From positions 1 to 35,592 of IMG/VR virus record IMGVR_UViG_3300021961_000299: a stretch of DNA of 35,592 bases; one strand, 5' to 3'. The notes under the pieces are model-generated. The model was not told where the DNA came from, searched no databases, and saw only the letters and a program-made list of their open reading frames with translations. Shown here piece by piece: positions 16,524 to 27,100 of this stretch (position 1 is the stretch's first letter; the number at the start of each line of letters is the position of its first letter). A program made the position numbers and the translations under genes. The stretch comes from a virus (taxonomy: Duplodnaviria > Caudoviricetes).

Positions 16524-18071
16524 TTAGAATTCCAGGATAATTTTAACGTCTTCTTTTTGTCTAGAATTTCTGGTAATAGCGGGACGATTATCAAGATATA
16601 CAATGTCCCCTGACCCTTTATTTATCTCTGGACTGGCAACTCCGTTTGTAAACTGAGTTCCGAGGGCAATCAATTTTGTTCCAGATGGATTGGTACTAAT
16701 ACCAGTAAATCCAGTATCAATAGAACCAGAGAAACCACCAGTTGAGGTTACAGCGTTTGCATTTGAAGCAAAGTCGTACAATTTAGCGTTTGTAGAAACA
16801 CCAACGTAATCTGTAGCATCAAAGTATGTTTGGTTCAGGAAAGAATTTCTATCTTGGAAATACTTAAGAACCTTAGTCTCCGTATCATATGAAGCAACAT
16901 ACCCCTTAGCAGTTCCACCAGTCACTGCTTGACTAATCTTATCACCGACGGATACAGACCCAGTAACTGATGTGAATTTAATTCCACCCAGAGATGAGAA
17001 TTGATTCTCTGTAAACAGACTTGTAGAACCAATAGAGGTTGGATTCTTTACAATACCAATCTGGGCAAATGTTACATCAGTTGGGAAATCTTTTGTTGAA
17101 TCATCAAATCTAGCATAAACAAGAACTTTATCTGCACCAAGTTCTTTGTAAATATCGTAACCATGACCCTTTGATGGTGGGATGATTGGAATCAGTTTTG
17201 CCTTGGTTGATGAACTTGAGTTGATAGAACCCAAGTCAACCATACCATAAGTATAGTTTTTACCACCAGAAGAAACAACACTGCTCGTTATTTTTCCATT
17301 AACATCAACGTCAACAATAACCTTAGCTCCACTTCCATCACCCAGGATATTAAGTTCGTGGGAACCTTGAGAATACCCAAGACCTTGTGCATCAATATAA
17401 ACTTTTTTTATCTGATTTTCATTTGTATCCGAATCACCATTATTTCTTACTGCGGAAATCTGAGCATTAGTGGAAGATGCCCAATCACTTGGTAGGGAAA
17501 TATATTCAGTCGAGTCAAACTTAATAATATCACTTGGTGAAACCGTATACAGATACTTCCACAAATAACTATCACCACTTACACCAGCCTTAGATGGCTC
17601 TAAATCTGTAAATGTGGGTTCATCTAGAGAAGCATTACCGGCGGTATTAATTCCAGATGAACCATTATCAATACAAATATAAACTTTATACTCACTATTC
17701 ATTACATAATAGTTTGCATCATAAAGTCTGGAAGACTTTGTAGTGGGAGATAAATTCGTCAGACTGTAGTCATGACGATACATTTCATATTTTGTTCCTC
17801 TCGTCCAGTCAACTCTTCTAACAAGTCTTCTGACGTTAGCAGAAGTCACCTTCTTACCGAAGGACATGTTATCACCAACAAAACTTTGATAATCAAAATT
17901 ATCAGTTGGACTGGGAGTGTTGGTATCCCAGTCCGTGGTTCTACCGTATCCAACCACTGCTGGGTTGGAAAGACCTACAAAGATATAATATGAATTTGAA
18001 GAACTGGTGACGGAATCTACAAAATTTCCCGCATTTAATATTCTAAACTGATCTGTTACAATTGCCGCCAT
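16524..18071 (-). CDS. gp8: Baseplate wedge subunit, T4 gp8-like
   Basis: Motifs RRVDWTRGTKYEMYRHDY, YYVMNSEYKVYICIDN, YLWKYLY, PIIPPSKGHG and C-terminal YLDNRPAITRNSRQKEDVKIILEF. Confidence 0.92.
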   Translation of the reverse strand: MAAIVTDQFRILNAGNFVDSVTSSSNSYYIFVGLSNPAVVGYGRTTDWDTNTPSPTDNFDYQSFVGDNMSFGKKVTSANVRRLVRRVDWTRGTKYEMYRHDYSLTNLSPTTKSSRLYDANYYVMNSEYKVYICIDNGSSGINTAGNASLDEPTFTDLEPSKAGVSGDSYLWKYLYTVSPSDIIKFDSTEYISLPSDWASSTNAQISAVRNNGDSDTNENQIKKVYIDAQGLGYSQGSHELNILGDGSGAKVIVDVDVNGKITSSVVSSGGKNYTYGMVDLGSINSSSSTKAKLIPIIPPSKGHGYDIYKELGADKVLVYARFDDSTKDFPTDVTFAQIGIVKNPTSIGSTSLFTENQFSSLGGIKFTSVTGSVSVGDKISQAVTGGTAKGYVASYDTETKVLKYFQDRNSFLNQTYFDATDYVGVSTNAKLYDFASNANAVTSTGGFSGSIDTGFTGISTNPSGTKLIALGTQFTNGVASPEINKGSGDIVYLDNRPAITRNSRQKEDVKIILEF

Positions 18072-18089
18072 CGTAATAGCTTTTTTCTA

Positions 18090-18097
18090 TATTTATA
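18090..18097 (-). promoter_or_regulatory. T4-type late promoter TATAAATA upstream of gp8
   Basis: Perfect consensus in the 30-nt gp7-gp8 gap. Confidence 0.8.
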
Positions 18098-18101
18098 ACC
18101 A

Positions 18102-21100
18102 TCATAGATCCTTCTTCAGAGCGCCATTGCTTCTCAATCCATATCCACGTCTCTGGATTGTTGGGAATGTTGATAATCCAGAGTCAACTGTGAGACCAGT
18201 TACACCGATAGAAATAGGTGAAGACGCTCTGGAGAACCCCGATAATCTACCCCAGGAGAAGTGTCCTCGTGGATCAGTTGCACTACCAGTCGTTGATAGA
18301 CCAGTCGTTAATGTTGTCGATAGAATGTTACATGTAGCAACACCAGTTGTAGAAGATGAGTGGAAGGAATTGATAATGTAGATATTATCTAAGAATGTAG
18401 TTCCAATTCCAACAGTAGAGGAATCCGAACCATTGATAGAAGTAACACCAGAACCAATGCTTGTCCCAAAGACATAGATTGGATATCCTTCTTGTAGACC
18501 AGTGAATGAAGATGCATTCAGAGTAAACTTGATTGCTAGAGGATTTCCGCCAGTTCCAACCGTAGTTCCAATTCCAGTAATAGTTCCAGCAAATCCTGCA
18601 ACAGCAGTCATGTTCAGTACATTTTCAAATGATACTGATGGTAAAGTTGTTAGAACTTGTGGAGGTGCAGTATGAGTGTATCCAAGACCAGCATTGGTGA
18701 TGCTAACTGCAGTGATTGTTCCATTCGAAACAGTTGCAGTTGCGGTAGCGGTAGTTCCGATACCAACACCAACTTGCTTTGGAGCAGAGATCTTAATCAC
18801 TGCAGAAGAACCAGTGTATCCAGAACCACCATCTGTGATGGTAAAGGAACTAATAGTTCCAGCAGCAGAAACAACTGCGGTTATTGCTGCAGCAACTGGG
18901 TCTGTAGTTGTATTAACAATCAATGCGTCAGTTGAATTTCCACCTATACCATTTTCATAATTAAAGAGTTGAGCATCATCAACGAAGATTTCCGTATCGG
19001 AAGTGGAGAAATCACCAATAATCTTGGCAGTTGGGTAAACTTGACCTTCGATTGAATCTCTTGACTTGTAAATCAATTCGCCACCGAGGTTCTTATCTAC
19101 TTTTTGCTTTATCCAACTAAAATCCTTATAGTTGGTATCATCAATACCAAGACCACCATAGATGTTAGTTTCAACTTTATCAGAAGCATTGATATTGTAG
19201 ATTGTTCTTGGATCCTGAACAGCACTATTAGGAGTTTTATTCAGTTGAATAATATCACCAACCTTGATGGTCTCATTGATATTAACACTAACACTATCAG
19301 TGTCTCTTGTTCCCATGTAGAAGAATATATCAATGATATCATCTTCTTTTGGTGCTGTTGTGAATACGATAGAAGTTCCACCTTCAAAGTTGTAATTGAC
19401 GTTTGGTTCTTGAAGAACTCCATCAATATAGATTAGTAGCAATGCTTCCAGATCAATAGCGGCAGAATCTACGTTATTTGAATCGACTTCGAAACTTAGC
19501 AAATCACCATTGTAATACAGTGGGAATCTCTTTCTTACACCATTCTGAAGACTTGAGATGGAGTCAATGTAATCAAACTGTCCAAACTGCCATGCTGCAA
19601 AGTTATCGCTGAAGACATCTAGGACTTCTAGTTCAAAGTCATTTACTGGGGAAGAGAGACCTGCGGCAGTTACCAAACCAACTGGTTTGAACTTATCCCC
19701 TTTTCTGAATCCCCAACCAGGTCTAGTAATCTTGAATGAAGTAACTTCAAACAATGTAGAACCGATACCAACATTAGTAACAGCAGCACCAACCTCAACA
19801 TTAAGTAGAAGTGCACTTCCAGTATCTGTAGTAGCACCAATACCAAGGCGAGAAACGCCAACAACAGATAAGTTTTCGTAATTTGGTTCTGGTATTTGGA
19901 TAGTTGGATTTGAACTATATCCAGTTCCACCATCACTAACAGTGAACGAAAGCGTTCCACCAGCACCTACAGTTGCTGTAATTGTTGCAGCATCTCCTGT
20001 GTGATTTGCGTCTGTTACCCCAATAGAAACTGTTCCACGATAACCAGAACCAAGGATGTCGGTAGAACCAAGTCCAACGGACTGAATAACCCCACCAGAA
20101 ATAACAGCAGTTACTGCAGCACCAACAAGAGGAGCAAAACCAAGACCTTGTGTTGAACCAACGGAAACAATCAAACCACCTCTAGGGAGCAGATTCTGGT
20201 TTACATCATAGTCTGAGATAAAGGATGCATTATTAACACCACTAAACACGATGCTTGAGATACCAGCATTTTCAATGAAACTGTAGTTGCCGCCAGGATT
20301 ATTGGAGGTTGTTGGTGTTTGGAACATATTATTGATGAACACCAAACCACTACCAGTTTCAATACCAGTGGTGTTTGCTCCACCAACGGTTAGTCTATAA
20401 GTAGCACCAATTCCAGTAAACTGTCTTGTGATGTTATCGTAGATTTGGTTGGTTGAATAATCCTGTCTGAGATAAACTCTTCCAGTAAATGTTGACTTAG
20501 CATAAGGAATGTTGCTCTCATCAACCAACTCTTGAGTGTTTCCTCTAGGAGCTTCTGTAAAGTGGATCTTACTTCTGGTCATGTTGTAAGAACCTTGATA
20601 CACTCTAACGGTTGTTCCGTCAGTGTGGGTTGTCGCTAGAGTTCCAACGAAACCTCTTTCACTCTTAACAACATTGAATGAACCAGTTCCTGTGATAGGA
20701 CCAATAGTTGTGGTTCCGATACCAACTGCATCAACCTTGACGAATTCATCATCAATCTTCAGAACATCACCTGGAAGTATCGAGGAAATACCAGAAACTC
20801 CGAAGTATGTTGCTCCAACAGAAATAGAACCACCATTATCAAAGAGAGTATGACTGATTGGGGTGAATGCTAGAGGAGATCTAGCAACACCGTCAATAGT
20901 AATGAGAGATTTCTCTAGTTTCTTACTCATTTCTAGGGTATGAGCATTTCCAGAACCAGCAGAATTAAAGGTTACTGCTGTTCCCGCATTAGCATCAGAC
21001 TTACTTGTAGCAAGTTTGAATTCATTATTATTAATCTTGATAGCATAGACATCAACTGGTAGAATGTTGGTATCAGACATAACCATAGCGGTATATGAAC

Positions 21101-24100
21101 TACCAACAAATGATGATCTTGGTGTGTAGGTTAGTTTTTCACCAGTGCTGAAGAAGTGATCATTAATAGTGAAAACACCAGTACCAAGATTAACAACTGT
21201 GGAAATACCTGGATCAAATTGCTTCTCAAAGATTGGTACTCCATCATGCTTAACATCAAAGTCTAGTTTGTTAGTTCTATCTCCATTGATAGAGTCAAAC
21301 TGTTCTGTTACTATCTTTTGGTTTACTGTTCCATAAGAAAGTACCGCAGGGATGTTATTCAAATCTTTTTCAGTCTGAATAATCTCATTATAAGTTTGGA
21401 TTGTGATATCATCAGAAATATTTGAATCTGGATAGAATATCAGATTGAAGTCAGTTCCAGATATCTCTGAACCAAACGTACCAATTCCAGTTGTGCTCTG
21501 AATTGAAAGATAAGGATACTGTACAGTAAATGTGTCTGTAGTATCATGATCAAATACGATTTGATGCAGTGCTGAAGTATTTCCGTAAGAAACTTTAGCA
21601 GTTGTTTTTACTGTAGTAACATCAGTAACAGAGTATGTTAGGATGGTTGAAATTCCAGTTCCAGAGAATACTGAATAGTTGGATTCTAATCTACCTTCTT
21701 TAACTGCACTGTCTGGTTGACCAGATGCCTTAAAGATGTGAGTTCCAATACCAGATGCGGTTGTACCAAAACCAACGACAGAAGACCTTACCAGAACTTC
21801 ATTCGCCTCAGTATTTTCAAACTTGAGTGATAGAACTCCAGAATCTATGCTAGAAGTAAAGGTTCCAATGAAGTTGTTTGATATTTGTGAACCAGAATTG
21901 TTATCGAAGAAGAAGTCAGATTTGTAAGTATCAGACCCATCATGGTCAATGAACATATCAACAACAGTCTTGTCCTTCGTTACAGTATCTGTAAGTTCAA
22001 TAATTGCGAATAGAGACTCTGCTGTAGTCGATACTTTTTCATAAACGGTTGCTGTAGAACCTACTCCAACAGTTACGTTGGAACCAATCAAGTCTACAAA
22101 TCCGACTGACTGAGTGTTAATACCAGCAAGAGTAGTATTGAAATTGGTTTTGATAAACTTAATATCATAATCGGACTGATATGGATCATCTGGAGTGAAT
22201 CTGAGTTTTACATTTCCAAAGGAATCCTTGATTGCCTGCAAATCACCTGCTTGAGTTGCAGTGTTGAAGATGGACGATTTTTCAACGGTAATCAAATCAT
22301 CGGAAGGAGTGTTCAGAACAACAAGTTCAGTAGCTTGTACATCATTTGTGTTTGGATTTATAATCTGAACAAAGTATCTGCTATATCCATCATTGGCGAT
22401 GAAAGTATCAATATCTTTATAGAGTGTAGTATTTGCATCTTCTGCATTAGAGAACTGACTATTGAAGTTATCAATTGTAAGAACTCTATTGGTTCTGCAC
22501 TCAATGTAATCACTGAGTTTCTTATTCTGCAGTTTAACGAACTTGGACTTGTTCGATGTTACATCAGTATCGATACCAAAATCAAAGAAGTTGATAGCAT
22601 CAACTCTCATTGTTGTTCCATCAGCATTAACATTAATAATATCAACTAATGCTGTGCTAGTTGATAGATTGCTAGTTGCTGCAGATACTCTTCCTTCACT
22701 TGTAATTCCAGTATCTGAGAAGTTTTTGATGCCTGGTGGGTGAAGCAGTCTATTTACAGGATCTACCCAATCTTCATATACGATAGGACTCTTGATTGTG
22801 TATGAAAGATTCTGATAATAGTCATTATTTGGAAGGACTTGATAGTCTTCATCCAACTTACCAATATCATTTGACCATCCATAGTCTGTGTTTAGACTAT
22901 AGTTGATTGTAAATATTCCCTTGTTCTCTTGAACAGAATCAATAGTTGCTAGAGCACCAGAATCCTTTCCAGAGATAACCTCACCAACACTTAGAGTGTA
23001 TGTTCCATAAACCTTAATAGAATCATTTAGATTATCAGTAATAATCAAATCTCTCTCAATATAAGTACCACCAGACTTAGTGTAAAGAGTTTCACCGACA
23101 ATAAATGGTAGTGGTTCTTGGGTTACGTCAAAGGTTGGATAGTTGTTTCTGTTAACAAGGAAAGCAAATGAATTTTGGGATGTGTTTGCTACACCAGCGT
23201 TAGTAGCATATGGTGAAATATCATACTCGACTTCTGCTGGGTTTGTGTTTCTGTAGGCAGTTACTCTGAAGAAGTTGTAACTGTAGTCTGCAGAGTTAAA
23301 TCCAGTACCAGTTGTTGATGCTAACGATATGTTCTCAGCAAATACGAAGTCACCAACAACAAATGGTACTGTCGATGCAGTAAATCCATTAACTGGGGTT
23401 GAGAGAACACAAGTTACAACACCTGCTTGTGAGGTGAAGATACTGTTTATACCAACACCATTGCTATTGTTGACTGAATAGATTTTGGATTCTACTTCAG
23501 ATATTCCCTTTGGAGACTCTACAATTTCAACAGAAGAGATTGCTGCGCCTTGCATCTTCGCAATTACAAGACCAGTATCATATGCCGTTCCAGTTGATGG
23601 ATTAACAATTACTAAATCTGGTGCTGAAGTGTAACCAGAACCACCAGATGTAACATCAATGTTGGTAATTTCATTTCTGTTTACAACGGTAATATTTGGT
23701 GAGATGTAAACTTCAGGATTTAGAGTCTTATCTGCAGAGAAATCAAATCCAGGATCTTGAATTGTAATTTGATTGATTCTACCTAGAGTCTTAGATGTTG
23801 GGATAATATCTGCGTTTTCACCAATAGAGGATGCAATGCTAACGAACTTTGGAAGTTTCTTGTAGTTTGCACCACCAAAAGTGATTCTCATAGAATCTAC
23901 ACCACCCAGTGCTCCCAATGATGTTGTGGAGTACTTAAGAACACTTGTAGAATCTTGGTTGTAATCCAAGTCTTCTGGGACACCTCTCAGTGAAATATCA
24001 AAAGTGGTAGCGGCAACACCAGAAACAGTGTATGTTCCGTTGTATTTGCTATCTACAAATAATATTTCATTATTGTTTCTAACATCAGTATCAGCAGTGC

Positions 24101-27100
24101 TTATAAATCCAGACTTATCTAACTGATAATAAACCTTAGATGGTAGATCTTTGCTGTAGTTAAGTGTAAATGTAGCAGTGGTTGTAACTCCGACTGTTCC
24201 AACACCAATTGTGCTGAAGGTTGTTGATGAACCAATAGAAACTAGTTCATTCTCAAACTCTTTATCATAGAACAACTTGAGAGTATAACCATCGAGTGAA
24301 GTATCAGATACATTAAAGACTAGATTGTTATCTCTAACAACTTGGAGTTGTGGGCTAATCTTAGACAGTTCTTGACTGGAACCACCAGTTGAACCAAGAC
24401 TTACAACAGATGGTGGTGTGGATACAGCGTCATAGTATGTTGTTGTTAGGTTGATAGTATCGTCATCAATTCTATAAACAAAGTAAGCACCAGTAGACAG
24501 ACCAGATGCAACTAAATCTGAGGCATTGTAGAATACTTTATCTCCAGTCTTAAGACCATGATCAAGTATGGTCAGTTCATCGGTTGATGTGTTGACTGCT
24601 GTTGAATTGAATCCGATTGGGTTAGCAAGGAGTCTATCATGCTCCGAATTGTACTTAAGATATACTGATACAGAAGTTCCAATACCTACAGACTGCTCAG
24701 AGTTTAGGGTTAACTTAATAGTATCTCCATTAGTGAGATTGTGGTCTGTTGAAACAGAAACTCTTGCTTTGATCTTTTCTGCTCTAGCAGTTACTTGAGT
24801 TTTGTTATTTGTTAGTGAGTATCTGTAGTCTGTGCTGTCTCCGTTAGAAAGAATATTTCTAAAGTACAGACCTGCAGTATTTGTTGTTAGACCAACTTGT
24901 GTGCACAGACCAATAAAATCATCAGACTTCTTGATAACAAATAGTGTTTCCGTGTCTCCACTTAAAGGAATTCCAAATGTGGAGCTAGTTTCAGTATTTG
25001 AAACTGTAAATCCTTGAGCACCACTGTATTTTTCAAAAGTTACTTGTTGACCAGTCTTGAATGGATGATTTGGTAGATAAATGTTTTGGATAGGAACAGA
25101 TACTGATATAGTTCTATCACCAATTCTATAATCATTGGAGTATGCAGATCCTGTCGTGGTTCCGATTCCAACTGATTGAATTGGGTTGAAGTATATCTTA
25201 TCGTTCAGAGAAGAATCAAAGTAAGTTGTCTTAACTGGTAGGGTGAATCTATTTGTAGATACAAATACGTCAGTAAATGATGTATGAGCAGAACCTGAGA
25301 CACCTCTAACAACCCTTATAACCTTATTGTCTGGATAAGTGCTAAGAACAGACATTCTCTCTGTTCCAATAGCAACTGTGGTCCCTGCAGATACTGTAGA
25401 TGGAATGTTAATAACGTAGATATCGGTTACGAAACCAACAGTCGAGTTTGCGGGAACTTCAGCAACCAACTTAGTTGACTCTGATGTAACTCCAATCTTG
25501 TGCAGTTTGGTTAGATTTGGTACAAAGGTTGATAGACCAGAAATGATGATTTGATCATTCTCTAGGAACGTGTGGTATGGATCAACATGAACCGATACCT
25601 GATTAGAATTGTCCCAAGTAAGAACTGTAGACTGATATGTTTGAACCGTTGTGTTTACATCAACAATAGACTTACCAGTTACAGATTCAACGTAAGCGGA
25701 CAATCCACCACCATTTGTATCTGTGTTATCAAATGATGCAACATCATTTACTCTATAGTTGCTTCCAGGTTCATTAATATCAAATCCGTCAACAGATCCC
25801 TTTGTAATGGAATCAATGACTGCAGTCTGCATAAGAGTCTCATAAGACTCTGAGATGAAGTCATTATTTGCGTATTTGTCTCCAATCTTATATGGGAATG
25901 TATTTCTTGTTAGTTTGGAGTTATTGAAGTCATATCCTTGGTCAATATTTTGTACAACTGGAAGTGAACGATAGGTATGACCTAAGAAATATGGGAACTT
26001 ACTATTCTTTCCATCACTAGTAATGCCTACATGATAAGCATATACGCCATTTGGAAACTCAGGTGTTTTAGCATATCTTCCGTTATGCTCATCCAAATCT
26101 CCAGATGAATTGAACTTATAATCTTCTACAAAGAATCCTGCAGTGAAACCTAGTGGTCTATCAACAACATCTGACGTTGATGTTACATATCCACTATCAA
26201 GTATCTTGATTCCAGAGTTGATATCTGAAGCATCTGTGTAAGCATATGCACCATAAATTGGATTACCATCATAAGCCCACCCAACGATTGGTGAATGTGC
26301 TGTACCATTATCACCAAACTGGGAAGAACCGATGCTAGTTGTGTATCCAACAACACCATATCCAAGTTCACCATTGGTTTGAATTAGAATTTCATCGCCA
26401 AAACGATAGTGATTATTGAGGGTAAGAGGTCTTACAGATGCTTCAATGTTTCCATTTCTGCCTGCAGATGTAACTTGAATTGAAGTTGTATTTTGAGCGT
26501 ATCCAACTCCGGGGTTTAGAACAACAACGTTAGTAATCTTACCACCAGATACTATTGCTCTCAGTTTAGCGCCAACACCATCACCGGTTACAGTCAAGTC
26601 TGGTGCAGAGGTATATTCACTACCACCACTGGTTACTTGAACAGAAACGATAGATCCACCAGAAATTAGTGGTTTCAGTTCAGCATCTTTACCATTTTTA
26701 ATCTTAACGTTTGGTTTCTTGTGGAAGTTAAGAACAGTTGTTCCATATCCAGTTCCAGTTTCATAGAGATAGAGGTCTACGATCTCACCTCTAACTACTG
26801 GAGTTGCAGTGATAATACCAGTTAAACCATCATACTCAACATTAATGGATAGGGTAATATCTGGATAAGCGAAGTTTTGGAGTCCACTTCCTACAGCAGT
26901 AATAGAAACTGGGAGTCTCTTGGTGTAGTTTGTAGTAACAGTTGCACCAATACCAGCATCAGCAAGTTTAAATGAGTCATCAGAAACTTTCAGGACCTTG
27001 TAACTTAGAGTCGTTGATAAACCAGTTACTGCAGTTCCGTCAGTCGTGTAAACAACAACATCACCGTCGGCAAACCCATGACCAGTAAATGTGATTGTAT